The notes under the pieces were generated by a model. That model did not search any database and was not told where the DNA came from. It saw only the letters and a program-made list of their open reading frames with translations. Below, one piece after another: positions 1-13,700 of a stretch of DNA of 64,000 nt. The stretch's first letter is position 1. Each line of letters opens with the position of its first letter. Location of the stretch: the NCBI GenBank assembly GCA_051362555.1, contig CM120640.1, forward strand, positions 32,011,967-32,075,966, read 5' to 3'. Position numbers and translations under genes: made by a program. The stretch is from Lingula anatina (Eukaryota > Animalia > Brachiopoda).

Positions 1-1832
1 TGACCTAGGTTTTGCCATTTCTGTAAACAGCAGCGCATGGAACCAGTTTGCTATTGTAGTGCTGTTTAATCGCCCACAGAGCCAAGGGTCATGTGGCCCA
101 ATGCAGCAAAAACCTTGAGATGGATGGGACATAGGCAGCCCCTTTGTTCCGGTGGCTTAGCCGGCTTGATTAACATAAGAAACACAGTATAGCTCTGCTT
201 CCAGCTATTTGTGCTAGAAAAATAAGATCCATATCAAACCTTTTACTCCATTTGAGAAATGTTTTTGGGTGCGGGGTGGTAGAAAATAAAATCAGCTCAC
301 GGTTGAATAATTGATAAATTGAAAAATAACAAAGAAACTGAGACATATTGATTTGATTTCTCTTAACCCCATTGATTTCCAAACATCAACATTCTGTAAG
401 GTTGATGAGACATGTTTTCCTGACCTAATTTGCCTTCCCACCTACCTAATGACTCAGTAGTAGAAAAATTAACAATACACCAGCTGTGACAGTAAGGGTA
501 CGTGCAGGTAACAGTTGGGGCATGGGCTAGGCACCAGAGGTATGAAGGTTCATTAAAATCATCAGCAGAAGGAAATTAAATGCTTCCAAATTCAAGGAAT
601 TGTAAATAAACATTGAAATTGCAGAGACCTATTTGCACCCTGTCCCGATATGGAATTTGTCAGGATTTCAGTCCGTTAGGTTAGATAGGTCTTTACATGG
701 GTGTAAGAAGTTCACTTCTTGCCATTAAACACGTGAATCCCCAGTGACTGCTACTTTTTGCCCCTAGTGAGTTGTATATGTGTGTGCCATGTTGTTGCTA
801 AAAAAAAAAGTATTCCCATTTTGGTGTTTATAGAAGGAACAGCTAGGCATTTAAACCACTTCACAACTGTGCAGGGTAACCTTTTTGGACTTGTCAAAAT
901 TCATTGTGCATAAAATGTCAGCATCAGCAGCTGCCACTTGAGGTCCATTCCTTCTCAGAGTGTTGTGATATGTAACAGATTATGGAGTAGCCAAGGCCGT
1001 GGATGCATGTCTGTATGTATTGACCCCTCTGGAGTTATCAGTTTGGGTGTACATGATTGTAATCAGCAGCAGGTGGTGTTCACATTAGTCTGTCCTGTGG
1101 AATTTATAATTGCTTTGTAAGGAGAAGGTAGTATGTGTTAATGGCTGTAGTCATGGCTCGTAACCAGCTAGTCAAACACAAAATGATGGACCTGCTTTTT
1201 TTCCTTCCAAGTATTTCTGCGTAAAGGGAGTACAACTTGATTCAAAAGAGCAGATTAAAGGGAACTTATCTGTGATAAGTAGTGAGATAAATGAAAGGAA
1301 GGAAGTGAGCATGGCCAGGTCTCCAGGGACTGCTGCATGCAATGCTTCATCACTGTGGTTTTCTGACAGAGACAGAATGTCCTGTGAGTCCATTACTTGT
1401 GAAACGGGATACAGGATAGGCTGTAATTTTACGATAACAGCTCTGCAGTTTCATAAATACACTAGAAAGCTGTTTCATCAGAAGGTCTGACATTTAAAAA
1501 ACAGCATCATCAGGATTCGTGCCCCGCGGCCTGATTTTGATCATATTATGTGGCTTGACTAGTGTGATCTACAACAGTTTTATGTGCATGTTGATGAGAG
1601 ATGCGGCTCTTTATGCAGCATCATTTGCCGACCCAGAAGGTCAAAAATAGCATGTAAAAGCTGCAGTTTCATGAGGGTGAAAAAGGTCTCTAGAATGTGT
1701 GTTTTATTACTTCAGCAGCTGCCATAAAAGCTGTCTGGATCAGCTTCACAGGTACTAGTTGAGATGGTATTTATTAAATGGTCTTGGGTACACCATTATG
1801 TAGAATCTGATGCATGTGTTGTCTATTTGCAG

Positions 1833-3828
1833 AACGTGAGGTGTTGGAGAAGCCCAGCAGTACTACCAGGCCCAAGTTACAGAGGGAACAGCGTAAACGC
1901 AAACCTGATCCTCAAGAACCAGAAGTTACTGATGAAGCTACTACTGAAATTCAAACCTCTTCATCTATAGAAAACAGGCCTTCACCTACTATTTCTACTA
2001 CAAGTAAACGCAACAAGTCTCAGGAAGTGAAAAAAGCAGAAAAGAAAACTTCGATTGATGAGAAAGTGGTTTCTGCCTCACCAAGAAAGGGTACCCCAGT
2101 TCCATTTGTAGCTGTGAGCCATCTCACAGCTGAAGACTTCAAACCCAAGAAAGAGAAACCAGAGAAGGCAAAGAACAAGAAACAAGCTAAACAAACAGAA
2201 CTTCAGCTGCAACCATCTGTGAAAGAAACCAAGGAGAGGAAGGAAAATAAGAGCAAAACTCGGGACTCTGCTCCTAAACAAAGAGCTGCTAAACCCAAGG
2301 AGGGGACCAACAGCAGTGAACCCACTTTTCAGCAAGAACAACAGCAGCCAAACCCAGAGCAGAAAACCAGGCAGCGAAAAAGTAGGCAAGCTACTAAGCC
2401 ACGCTCAGGGGGCAGACAGACAAAGTCTGCCGAAGGAAAGGAACTAGATTCAGCTTCTCAGCCCTTACCTCAACTACCACAGGAAAGTACAGTTGCTACA
2501 GAAGATCACTCCAAGACAAACAATGAAAGTCAGGGGGACACTGAAGAGGAAGTAAGCACAGCGGCTTCTGCAGAGGAAGAAGTTCCTTCGACTGCTACTC
2601 CTCCCTCCGGTAAAGAGGAGGAAGAGAATAGCGACAGCATGCATTATAAAAAGATGCATTTACTGGCGGCTGGGGAGCAGCGTGACAAGAGTGCAGCTGC
2701 ACCTACTACCACGAGCTCTGCCCCAAGTTCCATACAGTCACCAACAGCGTCAGCCCCAGCCCCAGCCTCCACTGTGGCAGCAGCTCCTTCACCACAGGAT
2801 ATCAATTTAAATCACTCCATAACAGACCAGATTGCCAAAATGTCAAAGACGGAAAAGAAGGAAAGTAGTGGTAGTGACACTAATGGCGGAGAGGCTGGAG
2901 ATCATTTTACAACAGTTCTCTCCCCGCGGACTGAACCTAAAAGTTCGGAGCTTCGTCCTGTTGGGAGTAGTGGAGGTGTTAAGGTGGAAGAAAGGATACC
3001 CAGGTACCCCACCTTGGATCCTGGAAGGGACAGTAATAAACCTGAGGACTTGAGTGTGAGAAGGTCCCAGGAACGATCAAGTTCCAGAACAAGTGATACT
3101 AGTACTAGGTCTGGAGATGATAAAGGTCCACATGGCCGCATCGAAGAAATGCGAAGGGCCAGGGATAACCCTCCTACAAGCCCATTAGTTTTAGATAAAA
3201 ATGAACCAGTTACTGTGTATAGAGATCCAGAGTTGATCAAAAGAGACATTGAAACACGCCAACAGTTAGCCAGCTATGGTATATCAAGGCATCACACACC
3301 CACACCCCATTCTGCTTCCCCGTACCCCACAGTTCACACACCAATTCCAGGTCACCACCCCTCTTCCCACCCTGCTCTCCAGCAAGGCATTCACAGGTCG
3401 GCAGGTCTCCTACCTCCTTCCATGTACCCAGCCACAACCATGGGCCTGTCCTCGTCTCTGATCGGAGCCAGTGCTCTGCCGAGCTCCCTCAGCATGTTGG
3501 CCCATCACGCCCCTGTCGATACCCTGACCCGCTTGGCGGCCCACCCTCACTTACTCAACTACCCTGCCTCACTGTTACAACAGCAGCAACAGCAGCTGCT
3601 CTCCCTGTACAGCCAGAGCCTCCATGGTGTGTCCACGGCCAGGTTGGAAGGGCTGTGGCAGCAGAAGTTCCCCAGTGTCCCCGTGCCACCCCCCTGGATG
3701 CTTATACAATACCAGGATGAACTGTTGAGAGACACCTTCACCAGGGAGAGGGACCTGCTGGTGGAGAGGGAGAGGCAGGAACGGGAGCGCCTAGAGCGGG
3801 AGAAGATTGAGAGGGAACGCAAAGAAAG
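1833..3828 (+). CDS. KDM3: KDM3 large low-complexity exon (K/E/S/P/Q-rich, ends in an ER repeat)
   Basis: 672-aa ORF bounded by tttgcag| and AAAG|gtaggt. The ER repeat continues in frame into the 6818 exon. Confidence 0.85.
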
Positions 3829-6800
3829 GTAGGTCAATTAACATACGCTTTAGAGCTCTATAAAAGTGTTTTATGTGTGTTTGAAGGGTACAAAAAGATA
3901 TTTATCATGGCAATTGGCATTTTGCTTCACCGCCCTGGAATTACCATATACTTGAGCTTGTTACTTCACTTTTATGTTAAAGGTATATTTGAATTGATGA
4001 TTAATGAGGTCATGATATGATATTTGCTGAGTAGGAAATTTAATACTATTAAAGGAAATATTGTATGGAGGTGAAATTGAGGATATTGATTTATGGCACT
4101 AGTGTGAATAACTTGGTCCACGGCAATTTGAAAACAAAATTTTGCTATTTTGAGTAGACTGGTTAATGATAATGGAAATGTATGGGAAAGCTTAAATAAT
4201 TCCAGCATGTCATGCAAATGAAGATAGGGCTTATCTGTTATGACTAGCAAGATGACTGGTATGATGGTAATATTGTCAAGTCAACAACTAGGACAGGATA
4301 TGTTAAGGGGAATGGGCTGTGATTATGAAGTGAATTTAAATGAAATGGAATATTATGTATTCTGTAGGGTACAGTTACCCTTCCTCCCTGCCTTCAGGTT
4401 CCCCGTATATAAAAATGATGACAAGGTAGAAGCGAGGTGCTTTACACAGCCTACAACATTCATTGTCCTCTGTTATTAGGCTCCTGTGTGCTTTAAGAGA
4501 CCTAGAAGTGTCTGGTTACATGCTCCCAGTGACAGGTCTTTAGTTGTTGTAGTTCAATTGTCTGACAAGCCATCAATGCTAGAGGTTATACAGCTGAAAG
4601 AAAGCTGGTCCCCACCTGTGTATGTGTGACAGCATGGACCCATACAAAACTGCCAGATAGAAATGTCATTACACTGGTTAAGACACCTTAGGAAAGTAGC
4701 CAGCCAGGTGTGCAAACTGTCCCTCATTTGACTTTTTTCAACTATTACAGACTCCCAGGTCTCATTTAATGCAAGAAATACTTTATTGCCTCGTCTAACA
4801 TGGTAATGATAAGTGTGCCGTTCTCATCAGTTGTGCAATCTTTACGGCCTCCTGATAAAATGCCTCTGTCGTGATGCGTTGAGAGAAATTTATTATTAAC
4901 CACATGTTAGGGCTGGGTGGACTTTCCTTCAGCTGTTTGGGTTTTGCATGTTCAAAAAACAACTGTGGAATGAAAAGAAGTATGGTAAAAAAAGGAGAAA
5001 TGCAAGGGCGATATTTTGAGTTTGAATGCCAGAGCTGTCAGCAGCACCTAAGTCAGCTGCTAGTTGTTGGTGGTTGGCAGCCGGCCCACGTCTGAGCTCA
5101 TGCATGCATGCATGTGGAAATCATATCTATGGAGAAAGTTCAGCCTGCAACCTCTTTTTCTCCCTCTTTCTTTCTCATCTTACTTGTCTGTGACCTACTT
5201 TGGGGTTCCCACCACATGACAGTGCCGTCTTTGTTCACCATACTATCTGGCCATATATCAAGCTGGTGGCTGTCAGGGTGTACTCATGCATGAACTACCA
5301 GCTAATCCCAGGCTCCAAGTTTTAACATGCAACACCTGTATACCACAGCCAGACCATAGAGGCATTAAGCCGCTCTGTAACCTCAGAAATACACCGCATA
5401 TTAATCCCATCACACCTATTTACTGGGCAGAAATAGGATTCAGGGCAGTAAATGGGTTTGTGAAATACCGCTGTGGTTACTGTGGAGTGTTGATTTTGGG
5501 AAGTTTCCATGGCAGACCTCCATTTATTGAAAATTTGGAAGTGCAAATGGCATACATCCCGCTACTTCACCATCCTGTCTGCTCTTGACTCAAGCATACG
5601 GCACATTTTTTGGAGAAAAAATAAAGTTCAATCAACGCAGGTGACTTGACTTCCCAAGAGGTAATATATTGTCTCCTACCTGAAACCACACCCACTGAAT
5701 TCATTGACCTGCATTGTAATTGGTTGGTCATTCTGCTTATTGCAGTAACACATGTCACCATGGGGCGATGAGTGTTAGTTAATTCAGCTCCGTTTTTTTC
5801 CTGCTGATTTAATTTAACTTAATTAACACGTGGGGATCATTCCTGTCTCAAAGTCATGGCAAAACTGCATTCCTATGGTGTATATTTTAAGAACTTGGAA
5901 ACACCTGGATCTCTCTGTAGTATATATGGAAAGGTGAGATTGGGGTTAGATGATAATCGAAACACCTGGTTTGAGGGAAGGTCTGGCGTTGCTACACACC
6001 TTTGATTACTTTTGGCAAGCCTCATTTCTGTGCCAACAGCTATAGGAAAACTGAAAACAAGCCATGAATAGTCACAGCCTGTGTGCCTCTGTAGGCTTTT
6101 TCCACGAATAGTATAGTAAATAAAACTTGAGTGGTTTTGCTATTGTTTCCCTGAGTAATTTATTGGTGTGTATTAAACGCAAACATCTGGACACATTCCA
6201 TAATATATACAATTTTATTTAAAAAAAAAAAACTCCACAGGGAAGATTTGTAATTTGGTCATTAATCAGGCCTGTTACGAAAACCACTTTTCCAGTCACT
6301 GTTTCCTGAAATACCGAGCATAAATACGGCTGTAGCCTGTTGTTTCCCCCCACATACACATTGGACCATTAATCTTTCTAATGGGCCATTTTGGAGGGCA
6401 TGGGAGTGTTTGAAGTTGAATGAGGCAGCTGAAGTAGAGATTGATATTCAGTTGTCTCTGTTGTAAGGATGTGAAGTCAGTATGGGTGGTTTTGATATGG
6501 TTATATTTGTGTCAAAACAGAAGAAATATTGTTTCATTAAATGCAACTGATTGTGCAATGTAAACAGATTGTGCGTGTGGTTTCTGTACAATCTCATTGG
6601 CAGCAAATGAGGCATATATTTATCTCTTCTATCCTCAATATATATGTCATAATCTATCATCTGTTAAAGACATTGGCATGTATGTTTTCCATCAATTAGT
6701 TTTTCCTGTAGATTTCTGGGCTTGTTATTGATTTAGATAGCTATGCCTGGGATTTTCTCATTACTTTTAACCTTGAAATTGATTGCGTTGTATTGAAACC

Positions 6801-7748
6801 TAAACTGTGTGTTTCAGGGACAGGCTTGAAAGAGAAAAAGCAGAAAAAGATCGAGCAGAAAAGGAGAGAGCAGAGCGTGACCGGCAGGAACGTGAGCGCC
6901 AAGAACGAGAGCAGCGTCAAGAACGAGAGCGTATTCTCAGGGAGTCTGCACAGACTGCTGCTGAAGCTGTAGAACAGCATTTCAGCAAGTCTTTGTCCCA
7001 GGTAACCTACAGTTCATTATTGTGACTGTTCCGGATATATGTCTTGATCACTCCTTCTGGTTCACAGTAATCTTGCAGACTAGAAACTGGTTCAGAGTCC
7101 ACCTGTATCATGCTGGAACGATTATATCATTTATTTCACTTTTGCGTGATGGCATCTGTATTATAAAATCAATAGTTTTTCTCTATGGTTGTATTTACAA
7201 CTTGGAACAAAAGTACCCTGGATGGAGGCTTGTGAATGATTTATAGGAAGAGGGTGATAAGAATCTCTGGGCAGCAATTGAAAGCAGATGCGAAATTTAT
7301 CTCCTTGTGGCAGAATGTTTTTTTTTTTACTCTGGAATATGGAGGTATTTGCCAGCATTAGGTGATCTAAGAAGTGTGTGGTATTTATCAACAGCTGTAT
7401 TGAATGCTTTCATCACTCACCACACACACACATACATAGACAGGCACGCATGCACACACACACACACAACCCCTTACAGAATTACACAGAGAGGATTCCT
7501 GGATACAATAGGTTTGCCTTGTAATGATAATTGGACTAATTAACACAGTGGTTAAGAGGCATTTTTCCCATCATTTTGCTATCCTCGCCTATGAAGTATT
7601 AAGAGAAAGGGGGGAGGTCATTGTTCAGCACGTTATTCGGTGGAAGTCATATTTTTTTCCAATTTTTTATTTTAAACTGAGCATGGGTTTAAAAAAGCAA
7701 CCCCTTTACATACACACACTATTTAAGCACACGTGCACACACACGCAC

Positions 7749-7786
<38 letters not shown>

Positions 7787-10700
7787 ATGTATTTTTTGCT
7801 TTCAACCCACATTCCAGCCCAGATAGATAAATCTTTCTCCAGTATTCCAAGGTCAGAACCAGAGCTGGGCTCCTGCTGGGCCTATCTTCAGTAGCCTACT
7901 TCCTTCAGCTCTCTAGACCCAGTAGGTGGCGGTGTCTTAGGGTGATCTAGGCCTCATTACAAATTTGACCCATGTTTTGATCAGGCTTGATGAGCTTAGC
8001 AAAGCACTGCTGAGCTTCCTGTGTTTTTCTCATAACATGAGTAGACTGGATTGTTATTGGAGCCAGAGCAAGATCGGCAGGTTAAGCCTGTATGTGCATG
8101 CAGGTTTTTTTTTTTTATGTTTTCCCATTTGGGATGTTTTGGCAGCATCTTCCAAGAGAGATGAACAGTTGCATACTTCCCCATGTGTCAGATTCACTTA
8201 CTATAGTTGTTTGGGGCCTGCTGGAAATCGGTGGCATACTTCATAAAACTGAACAAATTGCATTGCACTGCAATAACCGTCTTCTTGACAAGGATGTGAA
8301 CCCTTCAACAAGACCATTATGGAAATTTTAATGTCGAGAACTTTCTGTACCCTATGCAGCAAATTTAAGCTGCCCAACTTTTTAGGGGAAAATATTTTAA
8401 GTGATGAATAGCTTTGAGGGAATACATATTTTATATTATTACAGATTTAGAAATGTGTTCTTAAATAACCCTAGCAGGAGGGTTTTTTCCCTTTGAAAGG
8501 ATACTTAATATATAGTCTTCCAGTGTTTCAACCCTGTGCAGATCAACAGAATGAAGATGTAAGTAAAGCAAGTGAACTTTGTAGTTAACACGATTTTCCT
8601 CTCTCTTCTCTGTTCAGTATGCTGCAGCAGCCAGGGCCCCATGGGGAAGCCATTCCATCAGTCGAGGCCTTCCAAAAGCCCCTGCCACCACGTCAGCAGG
8701 TGCGTCCACGGGACTGGCCAAGGGGTTGACCAAACCTCAGCCAGTCTACCCGGCCACTGCAACACCACAGACACGGGACCAAAAAGAGGACCCCAAGGAG
8801 AAGGATGAGAAGATGAGAATGGTGCGTGTAAGTGACTGAAAAAATTTTTTTTTTATTGTAAGTGTTACTGAAAATAATTGCTTAGGAGAGAGAGTACACA
8901 GATTGGAAAGTACCCTTCTAAAATTTTTCTTTGTTCTTAAACCTTGAAAAATGTTGTTTAAGTCATAGAATGTGCCATGAAATGTTAAGGTGAAGGATCT
9001 TTTAATTTTTAACTCACACACACACAAAATAAAAAATTAAAAAAATTGTCAGAATTGCTGGAAAGGTCAACATGTTTGTTATTGTCATGTATTATCAGTC
9101 TGATTGTCAGAAATGTTAAAAAAATTGACACGAGTAATATATGCTGTGGGTGAAAAGTACTTTTAACAGTGATATGTGACTAATCATATCTTTTGAGCCG
9201 ATTTTTTTTTTTTTTTTTTTTTTAATGAAAGACAACAAAATAAATAAAAGGTGATGCAGTTCAAATGCTGCCCCGAGGGCCATTACCCCAGTTATCCAGG
9301 CTGTTTTCAACTTATTATGCCCATTATTAGATTTTATGTAGGATGCTATTTGAAGTAGACAGATTGGAGCTGCATTAAGTAGATCTCTAAGGAATATTAT
9401 GCATAGATGAGTCGCTTGGAAGTCTGGTATGGAAATCAATAACTGTCATTGATTCTGTCTGTTTTCTAGGAATGGGAGCGAGAGCGTGCTCGTCAGCAGC
9501 AGCACTTGGAGCTGCAGCAGAAGGTGAAAGGGCTGCATCCTGCCGCCAAGGCCATGGCGTCCCACTCCAGCTACATCCTCAGCCAGACGGACGACAAGAG
9601 CAAACTAGCACTGCAGCAGGAGGAGCTGATGAAACAGATGCAGATTCAGGAGGAAATACGCAAGACTTACCCTGCTGATCAGAGGATAGCAGAGATGCTG
9701 GCCAAGGGTGCAGCAGCCGAGGGAGGCAAGCCCGTGTTCTTTTCCCATTACACAGCAGCTTTGAATGAGTATGCCCGCGTAGCATCAGAGGGAAGAGTGA
9801 AACAAGAACCGCCAAACTTCAGTTTATACGGCTATCGACCATTCCAGAATCCTACGTTTATTTCCCCTGATAAGTTGCATGATTTGGACGTTAAGAAGGA
9901 ACCTCAGGATGTGAAGCCAACAGTGGACCAAAAAACCCATGGAAAGAAAACACTAACACCACCCCCTCCATTAATAAAGGACTCTCCCAAATCTACAGTC
10001 ATAGTGGAGAATAAACAGGCAAGAACAGGGAGTGCACATTCTGATATGGGTAGACCAGGATCACCGCGGCAACAACAACAAGACAGGCGAGGACTGCCTA
10101 CTTCCAGTGCACAACACGTGCCATACACGCAGTCTCTTCCATCGTCTCATGCATTTCGTCATGTAGACCCCAAGTCCTCGTCCTATTCCCAAAGTCCCTT
10201 GCGTGTGGCCAGCCCACAGCAGCTCTCGGCAGCAGTGATGCAGCCTATGGAAATAAAGAAAAATCCTGCCATGTTATCAGGAAAAGAGGGTCACACCAGC
10301 CCGGGAGGGAGACCCACAGCTGCTCAAGGACACCCTTCAACTTCATCTTCATCCTCTCAACCCAGTCTCATGCAAAGCCAGGGGGTGTATTCAGGTTATG
10401 GCCACCATAGTGGCTTCAGCTCATCATACAAGCCAAATGATCCTCAGATCTCACAATCTACTTCATTGACTGCAACTAGTGGCATGCAGTATGCACACAA
10501 TAGTAGTAGTAATAATACCAATAGTGCATCCTCTGCTAAACCACAGAACTTATCAACGGGCAGCAACAAGAGAGGGAAACCTATGAACAGCAGAGAGGCA
10601 GGGTTTAAGAAAAAGCCACGTGTAGGAGGAGAGGTGAGTGGTGCCACCTCACACTTACCCAGCACCACTTCTCAAACAGCAACATCAAGCTCCTCCATAA

Positions 10701-13700
10701 ATAGCAGCTTACGAAGCGGCTTTATAGACAGTTTTAAATCATTTGTCGAGAACACTGTACAGCATGCTTTCTACCAAGATCGGGAGCTAAATCCAAAGGG
10801 AAATGTTGCACCCAGTGATGTGGAAGCTGAGGAGAAGGTGCCATCCAGCTCTTCTCAGCAGCCAACTCAACTAGCACCTCTAACATCAACACAGCAACAG
10901 CTAACCCCCACACCATTACAGTCATCATCCAAGCCACCATCTACAGCATCGTCATTATCGCCATCAGCATCATTGTCAGTCGCAGTTACAGCTACCACCA
11001 CAAGCAGCAGCACCGCCAGTGCTATCAGTACCACTCATCTTCCTCCCAGTAGCAGTGGTGCTAGCAGTGGTGGCAGCACCACTAGTGTCAGCACCAGTCA
11101 GATCCTGACGCCACCGGGCTCTGGCTCAGCAGCATCCGTCACCAGTTCCACCTCTTCTATCATGGAGACCATCAACCGCGTCGCAAACGGAATGATCGAT
11201 ACAGACAGTGATACGTTAAGTGCACCCAGTCCACCACCTCATATAAAAAACTGTGATGTCAGTGTCTCTCCATCCAGGTCGGGAAATCACACTAAACTTA
11301 AGAAGGCCTGGCTGCAGAGACACTCCGATGAGGATCGCAGTGGGGATAAAAGCCAAGATTCAAAAAACGGGGAATGTTCAAAAAAGTCCAAAATTGACTT
11401 CAGGGATTGCGTTACAAACTGTTCTTATTCTGGAAAAGAGGAAGAAACGGAGGAGAGGAAACCTAGTTACCCCCTTCCAAAAAAGGATTTTTCCAGGGCA
11501 GCCGCAGATGAGTCCACCAGCTCTGCATCAGAATCAGAATCTCAGGTAATATAACCCACTTTTTTTTTTTTTTTTTTCTGTCTTAGAAGTATTTCCCACC
11601 TAGCAATTATTCACAGCTGCTATGGTATTCTCTTGTGAAATGATGTGATGAGATTCCTTAAAAAAATTAATGATGCAGAAATGAGCAGTATTACTCATTC
11701 ACAGATGGTCTTGTTGGGGTTAATTTCATATCTCTTTGACTGCAGTGAAGTGATAAACTTAGTGGTTGTTTGATGGGCCAGATGTTTTTATCATCTGTTG
11801 GATTATTTTTTTCATATCGTTTATCTGTAATTGTAAAACTTGTAATGCACAATGAAATGAGTTGATTACTTTGAAATATGGACGCTGTGCCACAGCATGC
11901 ATATTTTTCATGCATCTGTCATCCGGTTCAAATGTTAATTAAACATGTCTATTAGAACATTGCACAGCTATATGCTTAGATAAAAAAAATACCAAGAATT
12001 GTTTGTGTTTTATGGTGATGTTTAAGTGATGTCTTATATGTTCATAGGGAAGCGATGCCAGTAAAAGAAAAATAAAGACCAAAAGAAGATCTGGTACAAA
12101 AAAGTTGAAGAACGATTCTGGAAAAAGTGAATCCAGTGATTCTAATGCTGTCCTGAATAAAAAGAAAAATACTGTGAATAAGAAGTCAAAAAACGATGAG
12201 TGCCCAAAGTCAAAGGTAAGATTTTTAACCAAAAGAAACAGAAAGTCTTTCTAAATTGGTGAAATTTTATGTAAAATGTTAATTATTTGAACACAGTTAT
12301 GCCTTACAGCTTTCTTGAATAAATTAGTGAGAGTATAGGTGAATGACCGGCCACTAAACTTGTGTAAATTTATTACAGTCTGGTGACCCTTATGAGAAAG
12401 GCAGAGATGCAGAGAAATCGAAGAAGACTGAAAATAAACAGAAGAGAGTCTATGATCTCAGTCGTGATGACAGATATGATACCTCAGGATCAGAGGCAGA
12501 AAGCCGCAGTGGGAAAAAAAAGGGTCGAAGATTAAAAGAAAGAATTGTGAATAAGTCAGAACCAGAGCAAGGACAAAACTCAAATGGTAAATATTTGGGC
12601 ATGTACTTTCGCTTATCCTTCAACTTGAATATCAGGTGTATGAAGGAAGAGCTATTTTTCACTTATCTAGATTTATTTGATAAATAAAATCATGAATGTT
12701 TTAAAAAGGTCAGTGTTTTCTTTGCTAATGAATTATTTTCTTTCTTTATAGCTGTGGTTAGCAAGCCTCTAAATAAGAAATCTACACATAATCTCAAAAA
12801 GTCTAGTGAGGCCTTTCTCCAAGATGGGCCTTGTTCCGAAGTTACACCAAAACTGATGAAATGTCGAGAATGTAAGATGAGTCCAAGTCAACGCAACAAG
12901 AAGCTTCCCAACATATTTTGCCGATTCTTTGCATTTAGAAGGTATGGTAACATATTTCTGCAGAATTAATTTTTAATGGTATCCAGAAGAAAATGCACTA
13001 ATACTAGATTTACTTTGATTTGACATGCTACGTTAGCAAACCATATGGAGGTAGTGCTTGTCATTTAATCACAGATTAATATTTAATGTAGAAATACTCA
13101 AATATGAAAATTGAGTTCAGTGATCACCACGTAGTATTCACATTCATTTATGTGTACAGGGAACATGAAAGTAATAAGTTGAAAGTATACAGTTCTGTCA
13201 CCTGTAAAAGGCAGCTGTTAGTAGCTGACTACAATAATGGAGTTGGATATTACAAGGAAAGTCCATTAGCACGCAGGATCATTATGTGTGCATGGTGGCG
13301 GATGGCTGGTAAATGAATAATATGTTTGGTTTCATGTCTGTAATGTATGTTGATGGACACAGCGAGGCCCCTTATTACCTGTAAGACCAATTAGTGCCTG
13401 TCACAGGGACGCTGAAAACCTGTTTACAACAAAGGTTATTACAGGGACCTCAAAGGCTTATTATTAGATTGAATGAGATTTCCTAATCCTTTAATAATTC
13501 CACAGATTAATTTTTGTTATGCTGCATGGACATGTTCATGTATATTTGCTTTGATCCTGATATATATTTATCACCCAAATATAGATATGAGAGGCATTTA
13601 TCTGGTTATTCATAAGCCAGGGCTCTTTAAGAATAGATAATGGACATTGCTGCTATTATCAGTGGCTGGACTATCTGCTGATGTGCGTGCTGGTGATGAG

